Origin: Acholeplasmataceae bacterium
GTDB lineage: Bacteria; Bacillota_I; Bacilli_A; Acholeplasmatales; Acholeplasmataceae
DNA length: 64,000 nt
Reading direction: 5' to 3'
NCBI GenBank assembly: GCA_963667565.1
Contig: OY763415.1
Span: 448,001 to 512,000 of the forward strand
The position numbers were made by a program, and so were the translations under genes. Below the pieces are notes generated by a model. It did not search any database. It was given only the letters and a program-made list of their open reading frames with translations, and was not told the DNA's origin. Below are positions 54,312 through 64,000 of the stretch, one piece after another; the first letter of the stretch is position 1, and each line of letters starts with the position of its first letter.

Positions 54312-54374
54312 TGCAAATTCCTGTTAAGTCTAAGATATTAGTCCTATAATAAGAGTATATAGGAGGTATTTGAT

Positions 54375-54590
54375 ATGAAAAAAAATGTTGGAAAAGTTGA
54401 TCAAATGATTAGATATGTATTAGCAGCAGTTTTATTAGTTGTAGGTATCTTATTGTTTAATTCATTAACTTGGCTTGCAATTGTATTATTTGTTTTAGCA
54501 GCAATTTCAGTTGTTACTGGTGCAATCGGCTTCTGTGGATTATACACCCTTTTAGGCATCAATACCTGCAAAGTGGAAACTAAAGAGTAA
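54375..54590 (+). CDS. DUF2892 (YgaP-like) membrane protein
   Basis: KNVG..D..IR...FC.LY..LGI.TC. Confidence 0.88.
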   Translation: MKKNVGKVDQMIRYVLAAVLLVVGILLFNSLTWLAIVLFVLAAISVVTGAIGFCGLYTLLGINTCKVETKE

Positions 54591-54623
54591 AAAAAATGAC
54601 ATTCAATTTGAATGTCTTTTTTT

Positions 54624-54815
54624 TTATAGATACATCACTCTTAAGCATTTTGTCGCATATTCATCATCATTTGCGTCTGCTTCAATAATACACATTAAAT
54701 ATTCTAATGTTTTTGTTTCATTTGATTTTGCTTCTTCATCTTGAGCATATAAAGTTTTTAATCGTTTGTCGATTGCATCCTTTAAATATGCTAATTTTTG
54801 CTCGTTTTGTTCCAT
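54624..54815 (-). CDS. Small hypothetical protein
   Basis: AGGAG RBS before ATG 54815; follows the aldo/keto reductase gene. Confidence 0.6.
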   Translation of the reverse strand: MEQNEQKLAYLKDAIDKRLKTLYAQDEEAKSNETKTLEYLMCIIEADANDDEYATKCLRVMYL

Positions 54816-54829
54816 TATATGTCTCCTTC

Positions 54830-55744
54830 CTACCATGGACATGGATGATTTTTGATTTTATTTTGATATAAATCAATGAGTGCATGAAACATCTCATCGG
54901 TTAATTCATAATGTTCAGCATTTAAATTAATATCAAGTTGGGTTTCATTTTTTATACCTGGAATAATTGCTGTGATTTGATCAAATTTAAGAATAAAAGC
55001 AAGCGCTACATCCGTTAATTCGTTTTTTTGAGTGATATTTTTCACCTCTGATACGAGCGTTGCACGTCTTTTGATGTCTTCTTTTGACCATCTAGATCTA
55101 ATACCAGTAAACGTAGAATTTTCATTATATTTACCCGTTAACCATCCAGAATCAAGTGGGACTTTAACAAGTAATTTAACACCTTTTTCTTTTGCTAAAT
55201 CAAATAAAGGAGCAGGACTTTGAAAGAAGATGTTAAATAAAATCTCAACGACTTCAACATCTGTGTTTTCTAAGACAGCTTTTAATTCATCATAAGTGTC
55301 AATACTTACACCATAGTGCTTGATGTATCCTAGTGTTTTTAATCGATTAAGTTCAGTAAAATGATCTGTTTGTCCAAGTAATATATCAAAGGATGGGTTA
55401 TGTAATAAAACACTATCAAGATAGGATGTTTGAAGTCTAGATAAACTCATCTTTATTTGTCCTTCTAATGAAGACACATGAAAATTAGAAGTGCCATCTG
55501 CAAGATGTCCAATTTTTGTATTAATAAAGACATGTTCTCGCACATCTTTTAAAGCTTCACCTAAGAGGGTTTCACTTTTTCCATCACCATAACCTGGAGC
55601 CGTATCAAAATAATAAACACCTTTTTTCACCGCTAATTTAACAAGCTTAATTCCATCAGTATCCGACATGTCTCCCCATAAAGGATTACCTAATTGCCAA
55701 CCACCAAAACCGATTCTTTTACTTTTGTTTAAATGTTTTTGCAC
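54830..55744 (-). CDS. Aldo/keto reductase
   Basis: IGFGGW, FDTAPGYG..SE, TK, SL.RL.T.YLD..LLH and IPG. Confidence 0.9.
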   Translation of the reverse strand: MQKHLNKSKRIGFGGWQLGNPLWGDMSDTDGIKLVKLAVKKGVYYFDTAPGYGDGKSETLLGEALKDVREHVFINTKIGHLADGTSNFHVSSLEGQIKMSLSRLQTSYLDSVLLHNPSFDILLGQTDHFTELNRLKTLGYIKHYGVSIDTYDELKAVLENTDVEVVEILFNIFFQSPAPLFDLAKEKGVKLLVKVPLDSGWLTGKYNENSTFTGIRSRWSKEDIKRRATLVSEVKNITQKNELTDVALAFILKFDQITAIIPGIKNETQLDINLNAEHYELTDEMFHALIDLYQNKIKNHPCPW

Positions 55745-55860
55745 TTCTACACCACCACTCTTAGTTTCATTATATTCTAATTTTTGAAAGAATGCATTTA
55801 AAATGTATTTATATCATAGATATAAACATACTTGTGATAAAATATGTGTGAGGTAAACCT

Positions 55861-56571
55861 ATGAAAAAAATGATAAAAAGAACATTAAGAATCATCTCAA
55901 TCGTCATAACACTTATGATCATATCATTATGGGGATATACGTTAAATTCATCAAAACCATTAGATGATATGACTGATCAAATCAATATGTATGATCTTAC
56001 ATCAATTGCTTATGAAGACGGATTTGATCATATCAGTTATAAAGTTGATCATCCAATCAAAAATATCGTGTTTATTCCTGGGGGTAAAGTGTCTCCAGGT
56101 AGTTATGAGTATCTTGCTGTTAAACTAGCATTAGCAGGATATGATGTAACGATAGTAAAGACGTTATTTAATCTTGCAATACTAACGCCTAATTATGCAG
56201 AAAAATTTATAGTAGATGATATAGATAATGTCATGATTGGACATTCGCTTGGTGGCACAGTTGCATCCATGGTTGCTTATCAAGATGAAAACGTGACAGA
56301 TGTGATTTTTTTAGCCAGTTATACGATTAAAGATTTAACTGATAAACATGTTTTAACCATTACTGCAGAAAATGATGGAGTTCTTGATTTAGAAAAAGTC
56401 GAAGCATCTAAATCAATGCTATCTGATCAAGCTGAATTTGAAATTATTTTAGGTGGCAATCATGCTCAGTTTGGGTGGTATGGTGTTCAAAAAGGTGATG
56501 GTGTTGCTACCATAGATACACTTAATCAACAAGATCAAGTGATTCAAATGATTTTGAATTTTATAGCTTAA
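55861..56571 (+). CDS. Membrane-anchored alpha/beta hydrolase
   Basis: GHSLGG, AEND and GGNHAQFG catalytic triad motifs; N-terminal TM segment. Confidence 0.85.
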   Translation: MKKMIKRTLRIISIVITLMIISLWGYTLNSSKPLDDMTDQINMYDLTSIAYEDGFDHISYKVDHPIKNIVFIPGGKVSPGSYEYLAVKLALAGYDVTIVKTLFNLAILTPNYAEKFIVDDIDNVMIGHSLGGTVASMVAYQDENVTDVIFLASYTIKDLTDKHVLTITAENDGVLDLEKVEASKSMLSDQAEFEIILGGNHAQFGWYGVQKGDGVATIDTLNQQDQVIQMILNFIA

Positions 56572-56605
56572 ATGTAACAATCTAATACATTGTTATATTT
56601 TTATA

Positions 56606-56636
56606 TTGACTCTAACGTAACGTAATGGTTTAAGAT
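56606..56636 (+). promoter_or_regulatory. MerR-type promoter with a 19-bp spacer and dyad operator
   Basis: TTGACT-19 bp-TAAGAT; the spacer contains CTAACGTAACGTAA (TipA/Mta-like box). Confidence 0.8.
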
Positions 56637-56651
56637 AAAGATGGTGATGAT

Positions 56652-57407
56652 ATGTATTTAATTAGTGAAGTAGCAGATTTAACAGGTATTTCAATTAGAA
56701 CATTAAGATATTATGATGAAATTGGATTATTAAATCCACATCATATTAGTCAATCAGGATATCGGGTGTACAACACTGATGATCTTGATCGATTACAAGT
56801 TATTTTAATGTATAAACATCTTGGTTTTCAGTTAAGTGATATCAAAGCAATCATAAGCAAGAAAGATTATGATGTTAAAACAGCACTAAAAGCGCAACTT
56901 GTTCTTTTAGAAAACAAAAAAGAACAACTCAATCAAATCATTTCAACACTAAAAAAAACCATAAGTTATTATAAAGGAGATGAAACTATGTCTAATCAAG
57001 AGAAATTTAATGGTATAAAAAAGGAACACATCAAAAAGAATGAAGCGTTATATGGAAAAGAGATTAGAGCATCTTATGGAGATAAAGTCATCGATCAAAG
57101 CAATCAAAAGTATTTAAATATGTCAAAAGAAGATTTCGAATATGCTCAAAATTTGGGTGAAGAAATATTAGTCAAATTAAAAGAAGCACTTAAACTAAAT
57201 GATCCCAACGCATCTTTAGCTCAAGAAATTTGTGAACTTCATCAAGCATGGATAAAGTATTTTTGGACTGATTATACAAAAGAAAAACACTTAGGCTTAT
57301 GCAAAATGTATTTAATGGATGATAGATTTACTGCTTACTATGATGCAGTAGGAAAAGGTGCTACAAAACTTTTAGTTGATGCTATGCATATTTATTTAAA
57401 ACTTTAG
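56652..57407 (+). CDS. MerR-family regulator with a TipAS antibiotic-recognition domain
   Basis: ISEVA...SIRTLRYYDEIGLL.P....GYR.Y; C-terminal H..W....Y..D.RF..YYD. Confidence 0.9.
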   Translation: MYLISEVADLTGISIRTLRYYDEIGLLNPHHISQSGYRVYNTDDLDRLQVILMYKHLGFQLSDIKAIISKKDYDVKTALKAQLVLLENKKEQLNQIISTLKKTISYYKGDETMSNQEKFNGIKKEHIKKNEALYGKEIRASYGDKVIDQSNQKYLNMSKEDFEYAQNLGEEILVKLKEALKLNDPNASLAQEICELHQAWIKYFWTDYTKEKHLGLCKMYLMDDRFTAYYDAVGKGATKLLVDAMHIYLKL

Positions 57408-57728
57408 AAAACTGAAAAATTTAACGCTTAACTATTTCATTAGAATAGAAGTTAAAAAAATGGAAATTGTCATTAAAAACATAGTTTCGTTTTCATGTTT
57501 TTTCATGCATATCCTCAATTTTCATATGGATTATTCAAATTAATTTTTTTATGATATATTCCATTTTATTAGTTAATATATAACTTATATGTAGATCTAA
57601 ATTTTACTTATTATCACACATCATTAATCTATCTATACCTGTTAATTTTAAAAAAAGACTCCTTAGTTTTGGATTAAGTATGATTAATATACCTTATCTT
57701 CAACTTTTGGAGTCATTTCATTTTACAT

Positions 57729-58066
57729 TGGTGGAGATGAGGGGAATTGAACCCCTGTGCAAGACACTTCGACAAATACTTTCTACATGTTTAGTTTATT
57801 TATGATCTCATCTATCTAACTAAATAAACAAAAGTTATATAGACTATCCTAATTGATTCGTCTACTAATCTAGGCTATTAGTAAATATAACTTGCAACTT
57901 ATACCGCATTTGAACCGCAAGTGAATTCAAATTTGGTGCTATCCTTTTCTTAGGCAGCGAATTGTAAATTTGTGTTTCCGGTTATTAAAAACCTCGGCCT
58001 TTTTACTTGAGCAACCAAGACATGCTTATATGTGAATCCATGCCGTGACGAATCCAGAACATCCCC
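57729..58066 (-). ncRNA. ssrA: tmRNA; tag peptide (A)GNTNLQFAA encoded at 57979-57950
   Basis: 5' GGGGATG pairs with 3' CATCTCC-ACCA including a G3.U wobble. The T-arm is AGGGG-TTCAATT-CCCCT. The resume context is ATAACC|GGA and the tag ends in AA-stop. Confidence 0.95.
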
Positions 58067-58297
58067 AAGCCTTTTCATCATATACTATTTTATGCTTTTT
58101 GTAAAGAAATTACTATAGATTTTAAACATTATGTTAATAAATTAATTTTGTCACGACTTTGTCATAGTTGGTTGCTATACTTAAATTATGAAAAAATGTA
58201 AAATAATCATTTGAAATCAACTTTAAAGTGATTAGATATTTATAATATCTGTTACCGTTTATGATATAATGCATTTGAATATACAAGGAGAGATAGC

Positions 58298-58948
58298 ATG
58301 ATAAAAACGATTATATTTGACATGGATGGGACGATTTTAAATACCCTTGATGATATCGCGAAAAGCGTCAATGTATCACTTGAATTTCATCATTTACCAC
58401 TTAAGTCACTTGATGAAGTTAGACTTGCAGTTGGTAGAGGTGCATTAAATCTGATTAAGGATGTAGTTCCTTTAAATTCTAGTCAAGCATTAATTCAATC
58501 TGTTTATGATAAGTATCAATCTTATTATGATCTACATAACAATGATTTGACAGCACCATATCCACACATCAAAGAAGTTTTAAACCAACTCAAACAAAAA
58601 GGATATCAATTAGCTGTTGTATCTAATAAACATGAATATTTAGTTGAAGCTTTAAACAAAGATGTGTTTGATTCTATTTTTGATGTTGCTATTGGGCAAA
58701 CAGAAGGTATACCTATCAAACCAGAACCAGATATGTTATTTAAAGCAATAAAATTATTAAAAACACATATTGATCAATCAATCTTCATTGGTGATTCTGA
58801 CACTGATATGCAAACTGCTAAAAATGCAGATATCAAATCAATTGGTGTCACTTGGGGATTTAGGGATAAAGAAGTACTTATACAAGAAGGGGCACAATTC
58901 ATCATTTCATCACCATTTGAAATGATCGACATTGTAGAAAGGTTGTAG
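58298..58948 (+). CDS. HAD-superfamily hydrolase (phosphoglycolate phosphatase-like)
   Basis: DMDGT, SNK, KP.P and GDS..D motifs. Confidence 0.9.
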   Translation: MIKTIIFDMDGTILNTLDDIAKSVNVSLEFHHLPLKSLDEVRLAVGRGALNLIKDVVPLNSSQALIQSVYDKYQSYYDLHNNDLTAPYPHIKEVLNQLKQKGYQLAVVSNKHEYLVEALNKDVFDSIFDVAIGQTEGIPIKPEPDMLFKAIKLLKTHIDQSIFIGDSDTDMQTAKNADIKSIGVTWGFRDKEVLIQEGAQFIISSPFEMIDIVERL

Positions 58949-58949
58949 T

Positions 58950-61298
58950 ATGTCAGTTATTAAATTAGAGAATGTATCAAAATTCTATAAATCAACTGAA
59001 ACTGTATCCATTGGGATGCAAAAAGTTAATTTAGAATTTAGTATGGGGGAATTTGTTGCTGTCACTGGTGAATCGGGGTCAGGGAAATCAACATTATTAA
59101 ATGTTGTGAGTGGACTCGATTCTTATGAAGAAGGCGAATTCTATCTATTTGGTGAAGAAACTTCACATTTTATTATTTCTGATTGGGAAGCATATCGCTC
59201 AGCATATGTTGGATTTGTATTTCAAAATTATAATATCATTGACTCCTATACAGTATTACAAAATGTATTACTTGCATTAGAAGTTCAAGGATATGATCCT
59301 AAAAAGAAAAAAGCTAGAGCTTTAGAACTTATTGATGAAGTTGGATTATCATCTCATATCAATCATAAAGCATCTAAATTATCAGGTGGACAAAAACAAA
59401 GAGCAGTTATTGCTAGAGCACTTGCAAAAGATTGTCCAATTATCGTTGCTGATGAACCTACTGGTAACTTAGATTCTAAATCAGCAGAACAAGTCATGGA
59501 ATTACTTCATAACATATCTAGAAATAAACTTGTTATTGTTGTTACACATGATTTTGAAATCATTGAACCTTATGCAACCAGAAAAATTAAGATGCATGAT
59601 GGAGAAGTTGTTGAAGATAAACATTTAAAGAAAATTGATAAAGATATCGTTGCAGAAGAACCTGTTGCTAAAAAAATGAATTTTATCACATTAATGAAAT
59701 TTGCTTTTAGAAATCTTATCTCAACACCAAAGAGAACATTTTTCATTTTACTCATGCAAATGATTGTGATGCTTGCATTCACACTTATTTATGCATCAGA
59801 ACAATCTGCAATGCTTCAACAGTCAACATCAAATATTTCAACAAATATTAATGTTACTGAAACTAGACTTCTGGTTGAAAAAAGAGATGGATCTGATTTA
59901 ACACAAGCAGATTTTGATTATTTTAACTCAATTAGAGAAGTTAAAGCTGTTTATGAAAAAGGTCGTAATTTTTATAATGATATAGAACTTTTTGCTTTTA
60001 ACTTAGATAATTTACAAACCTATGCATATTATTATGGTGAAGTCTCACCTGGTGATAATGTAGATTATTATGCTAATTTTGCTGTTTCTGGTACTGATGC
60101 AGCAAGCTTATTAGACGAAAGAGATTTTGAAGGTAGAATGCCATCCACTGCGAATGAAATCATTATTGATGACCCATCAGGTGATTTTTCTATTGGTGAT
60201 CGCATTGTACTTAGTACTCAAAGTTATGCTTATGGTACGACAGAACTAGGAAATAATACACTCGAACAATTTGTAGTTACAGGTATTACAAATAAGGTTC
60301 ACGGTGATGAACTTGATAAGGGTTATGTCTTCTTTTCTGACCAATTTTTAGCAAGTGATGCAGTAGCAGATTCATATTATGATATTAACAAATATAATAT
60401 GGTAATGAATAATGCCTTATACAATACTTATTTAGGCACAACAGCTGATTTTCAAAATTATATAGAATTATATAATGTCGTAGATGATGGTACGGATACA
60501 CCAAAGTTTGAATATTTATCAGGTAATCCTATCGATTTATTTGACACTGTACCAAGCATCAATAATATGACGTTTACAACATATCTTAATGATTGGGAAA
60601 ATAATACATACCATCAGTATGTCGAAACGTATATGATTGAAAATGTTGAGACATATTATTATAACGCAACTTCCGATGCATACGATATGATTATCGTTAA
60701 CAATGCTTTTTATGAATTGTTGCGTACGAAAATCGAAGAATCTTTTGAATATGTCTATTTAATTAAAACAAGAGATTCAGCATCCATATCAGTTGCAAGT
60801 CAATCTGCAGGTAATCGAGTGATTGATCGTATTGATACGGATATTTATAGAGTCTATTATCCAGCAAATATTCCAGCTCCACTGACACTAGATATGATTT
60901 TCTTAAACTATTTCTACAATGCTATTTTAATTATCTTTGGATTGTTCTTATATAGTATTGTTCATGCAGTAAGTAAAAATACGATGAGATCTAGAAGTAA
61001 AGATTTTGCGATTTATCGTTCTATTGGGGCACAAAAAACAGTCATTGCTAGACTCGTTGTTGTTGAACAGGTGATGATTGCGTTTGGTAGTATTGTATTT
61101 ATGCTTATTGCCATTAATTCGATATCTTATTTTATAGCGTCAATAAGAACTTATTTAACAATATTAACATTCAATAATTATTTATATTTATTCATTTTAT
61201 TTATGCTTTTTGGGGCATGGTTGGGATTGCGTTTTAATAAACGTGTATTTAAACAATCTGTCATTGAAAATATCAATATTAGTAAGGAGGTAGACTAA
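58950..61298 (+). CDS. Fused ABC ATPase/permease (MacB/FtsX-like)
   Basis: GESGSGKST, LSGGQ and ADEPTGNLD, then one TM, a large extracellular domain and three TMs. Confidence 0.88.
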   Translation: MSVIKLENVSKFYKSTETVSIGMQKVNLEFSMGEFVAVTGESGSGKSTLLNVVSGLDSYEEGEFYLFGEETSHFIISDWEAYRSAYVGFVFQNYNIIDSYTVLQNVLLALEVQGYDPKKKKARALELIDEVGLSSHINHKASKLSGGQKQRAVIARALAKDCPIIVADEPTGNLDSKSAEQVMELLHNISRNKLVIVVTHDFEIIEPYATRKIKMHDGEVVEDKHLKKIDKDIVAEEPVAKKMNFITLMKFAFRNLISTPKRTFFILLMQMIVMLAFTLIYASEQSAMLQQSTSNISTNINVTETRLLVEKRDGSDLTQADFDYFNSIREVKAVYEKGRNFYNDIELFAFNLDNLQTYAYYYGEVSPGDNVDYYANFAVSGTDAASLLDERDFEGRMPSTANEIIIDDPSGDFSIGDRIVLSTQSYAYGTTELGNNTLEQFVVTGITNKVHGDELDKGYVFFSDQFLASDAVADSYYDINKYNMVMNNALYNTYLGTTADFQNYIELYNVVDDGTDTPKFEYLSGNPIDLFDTVPSINNMTFTTYLNDWENNTYHQYVETYMIENVETYYYNATSDAYDMIIVNNAFYELLRTKIEESFEYVYLIKTRDSASISVASQSAGNRVIDRIDTDIYRVYYPANIPAPLTLDMIFLNYFYNAILIIFGLFLYSIVHAVSKNTMRSRSKDFAIYRSIGAQKTVIARLVVVEQVMIAFGSIVFMLIAINSISYFIASIRTYLTILTFNNYLYLFILFMLFGAWLGLRFNKRVFKQSVIENINISKEVD

Positions 61299-61299
61299 G

Positions 61300-63765
61300 A
61301 TGATCCAGTTAAATCATTTAGATAAATACTTCTTTAAAAATAAGAGAAATCAAATTCACGTCATTGATGATGTCAATTTAACATTTCCAACAAGTGGACT
61401 TGTTGTCTTATTAGGGCCATCTGGTTCAGGTAAAACAACGCTTCTTAATGTGATTGGTGGTCTTGATCGCGTCGAAAGAGGAGAAATCGTTTTTGATGAT
61501 CAAGTTATTAGAGGATATAAAGCGAATCAATGGGATGACATTAGAAATGAAAAAGTCGGATATATATTCCAAAATTATAATTTATTACCTCATTTGTCAG
61601 TTTATGAAAATATTGCTTTTGTATTAAGATTATTAGGTATTACAGATGAAGCAAAAATAGAAGATAGTGTACATTATATCTTAAAAGCTGTTGGCATGTA
61701 TAAATATAGAAAAAAACGTGCTACACAATTATCAGGTGGACAACAACAAAGAGTTGCTATCGCAAGAGCACTTGTTAAAAATCCTGAGATTGTCATCGCG
61801 GATGAACCTACAGGAAACCTAGACAGTAAAAACACACTTGATGTCATGAAAATCATCAAGGAAATATCTAAAACAAAACTTGTTGTATTAGTCACTCATG
61901 AAAAAGATATTGCTAAGATTTATGGGGATCGTATCATTGAAATTAAAGATGGTAAGGTCATTAGTGATCATGAAAACACAACTAAATTAGATTATGAACA
62001 TATTGATGATAATATTGTTTATTTAAAGGATATGCATGAGCATTTTGCACATGAAGATAAACAATTTGAAATCAAAATGTTTGATGAATCCAATGAGCCA
62101 GTTGATCCTGTAAAAGTAAGACTTATCGTAAGAAATAAGACATTATATATTGATGTCGATAGTAGTTTCCAAAAGGTAAAACTTATTGATGATAATTCTA
62201 ATCTGATTTTAAAGGATGAACACTACAATAAAGAAGATCAACAAGAATTAACAGAAACGACTTTTGATAGTAATTACCTAGATTTAAAAGGATATAAGAA
62301 ACAAAATAAAGCGCTAGTTTCCATCAAACAAATTTTTATGTTGGCGATCCAAAAAGTTTTACAATCAACAAGAAAAGGCAAACTGTTGTTATTTAGCTTT
62401 ATTATTTCTGGTGCGATGATTGCACTTGCGATGAGTTTAGCGGCAAATTTCTTTATTCCTAATAAAGCGCTCATGGTTTATGACAACGACTATGTCATCG
62501 CAACATATAATACTGAACTTACGGCTTATCAAAGACCAACATATCAAGATTTTAAAGATGCAATGGGTGAAAATGATTTTATGAACTTATTACCATCCGC
62601 TTCTTTTGATATTGTTGATCAGCAAACAAATGCCACTTTCTTGAACTTCTTTGGCGCTATTGATTTAATTGATAATTTAAGTAGACCAAAAGTTGTTGAA
62701 GGTGTACTCGCAGAAAATAGAAATCAAATCATGATTTCAACAGCTTTAGCAGATAGTTTATTTGAAACATCACTTTTTGATTTTAGTCCAGAATTAGCAC
62801 AGGAGTATGGTATTTGGAATTATTCAGATTTACTTAAAGAAAAAATCGTTGATAATAATCAAATTGAATATGAAATATCAGGAATTATTAAATCGAATCA
62901 AAAAATTATTTACTTGAGTAAAGATACTTATTACTCAATGTTAACGATTAATCTTAGTGAACAAATAACAACTTCAATGGCTTTAGGAATTTATTATGGA
63001 TACAATCAAATTGACTCAGATCAACTTATCTATGGTAGTGTACCAACAGATGATTCAGTCATATTATCTGATACATTATTAACCACACTCGGCTATGCAA
63101 GTTTACTAGATGATGCAACAACATGGCCACAAGAAGTTACATATTTTGGAAGTGTCAGTGGTGTTGTGGAATCTAATTTAAATATTGCACTTGTTGATGC
63201 TGATAGATTAACAGAAAAAGTCTTTAATTCAAGAGTCAATTCTTATAATCTTATGGTATATATTCATACGGATAATCCTAGAACACTCATCAATAATATT
63301 AACCAAATTGATACACTAGTTGGATATAAAGAATCAACTTTTGTCATCGCACAATCGATGCTTGATGTGACTTTAACATTTATGATTCCAATGATTGTTA
63401 TCATTTTTTCAACATCATTCTTAGGTTTTTATTTCCTTATGCATTCAACATTAATTTCTAGAATTTATGAAACTTCAGTATATCGTTCATTAGGAATGAA
63501 AAAGAAGGATCTATTCATCTCATATATCGTTGAATCAAGTTTCATAACAACAATCACATCAATATTGGGATATACACTAGCTACTATTGCATTGGTTAAA
63601 ATGTCAAGCTCATCACTGGGATTTTCACCATTCATTGCGACTCCAGTGACGATTCTCATTGGACTCATCATCGTTTATGTGATCAATATTAGTGCTGGTA
63701 TGCTGCCTATTTCTAGACTTCTTAGAAAGACACCTTCAGAAATTGCATCTAAATATGATATATAA
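61300..63765 (+). CDS. Fused ABC ATPase/permease (MacB/FtsX-like)
   Basis: GPSGSGKT, LSGGQQQ and ADEPTGNLD; FtsX-like C-terminus (YRSLG). Confidence 0.88.
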   Translation: MIQLNHLDKYFFKNKRNQIHVIDDVNLTFPTSGLVVLLGPSGSGKTTLLNVIGGLDRVERGEIVFDDQVIRGYKANQWDDIRNEKVGYIFQNYNLLPHLSVYENIAFVLRLLGITDEAKIEDSVHYILKAVGMYKYRKKRATQLSGGQQQRVAIARALVKNPEIVIADEPTGNLDSKNTLDVMKIIKEISKTKLVVLVTHEKDIAKIYGDRIIEIKDGKVISDHENTTKLDYEHIDDNIVYLKDMHEHFAHEDKQFEIKMFDESNEPVDPVKVRLIVRNKTLYIDVDSSFQKVKLIDDNSNLILKDEHYNKEDQQELTETTFDSNYLDLKGYKKQNKALVSIKQIFMLAIQKVLQSTRKGKLLLFSFIISGAMIALAMSLAANFFIPNKALMVYDNDYVIATYNTELTAYQRPTYQDFKDAMGENDFMNLLPSASFDIVDQQTNATFLNFFGAIDLIDNLSRPKVVEGVLAENRNQIMISTALADSLFETSLFDFSPELAQEYGIWNYSDLLKEKIVDNNQIEYEISGIIKSNQKIIYLSKDTYYSMLTINLSEQITTSMALGIYYGYNQIDSDQLIYGSVPTDDSVILSDTLLTTLGYASLLDDATTWPQEVTYFGSVSGVVESNLNIALVDADRLTEKVFNSRVNSYNLMVYIHTDNPRTLINNINQIDTLVGYKESTFVIAQSMLDVTLTFMIPMIVIIFSTSFLGFYFLMHSTLISRIYETSVYRSLGMKKKDLFISYIVESSFITTITSILGYTLATIALVKMSSSSLGFSPFIATPVTILIGLIIVYVINISAGMLPISRLLRKTPSEIASKYDI

Positions 63766-63791
63766 AAAAAGGCTTATTTAAGCCTTTTGTT

Positions 63792-64000
63792 TTATTTATA
63801 AGTTACAATATCTTCTAATGGCAATCTTATTGAAGCCCAACCAGACTCATTTGCTTTACCAATTGAGATGATGAGTAATGGTTTATAACGGTCTTTGTCT
63901 AAATCTAGGACTTCAGCAAGCATATCATGTCTAAAACCGCCTATTGGACAAGTGTCATATCCATGTGATTTAGCAACAAGCATAAGTTGCATTGCAAATA
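63792..64000 (-). CDS. Nitroreductase family protein, C-terminal part (truncated by the window edge)
   Basis: MQLMLVAKSHGYDTCPIGGF...IISIGK...RLP. Confidence 0.8.
   Translation of the reverse strand, partial: FAMQLMLVAKSHGYDTCPIGGFRHDMLAEVLDLDKDRYKPLLIISIGKANESGWASIRLPLEDIVTYK

Noticed and set aside
57432..57506. 24-aa minus-strand ORF MKKHENETMFLMTISIFLTSILMK with a GAGGA RBS
   Set aside because: It is too short and has no recognisable homology. It could be chance or a gene remnant near ssrA, so it is not supportable as a feature.
57408..57728. Prophage or genomic island integrated at ssrA
   Set aside because: There is no integrase in the window and I saw no duplicated ssrA 3' end (att site). 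At most a short scar is present.

Overview
This is a gene-dense, AT-rich bacterial chromosome segment. TGA is used as a stop codon and TGG encodes Trp. The Firmicutes-type gene set, plus an rsmH gene with no neighbouring dcw or peptidoglycan genes, suggests a wall-less Acholeplasmatales-like organism (inference). Most of the window is housekeeping: a copZ-copA-csoR copper operon, ispG, rpmG, gpmA, hrcA-grpE-dnaK-dnaJ with two CIRCE elements, lplA, yceD-rpmF, rsmH, nadD-nadE-mnmA, recD2, glgA-glgC, ald, pheA, pcp, a CoA-disulfide reductase/rhodanese/TusA/DsrE fusion, ABC exporters, guaC, a TipA-like MerR regulator, tmRNA and the 5' end of a tRNA. I found no intact mobile element or CRISPR array. 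The standout locus is 39979-42457. There an Rgg/RRNPP-like HTH regulator is divergent from a signal-peptide-bearing 139-aa protein. That protein carries about four perfect 51-bp (17-aa) tandem repeats (LDFKNSGSPEWITDDTT) and a fifth, synonymously recoded variant core (FKNSGLPE). Two small membrane proteins follow it. The locus is a candidate multi-copy peptide-pheromone (quorum-sensing) or peptide-effector system in a Mollicutes-like lineage.
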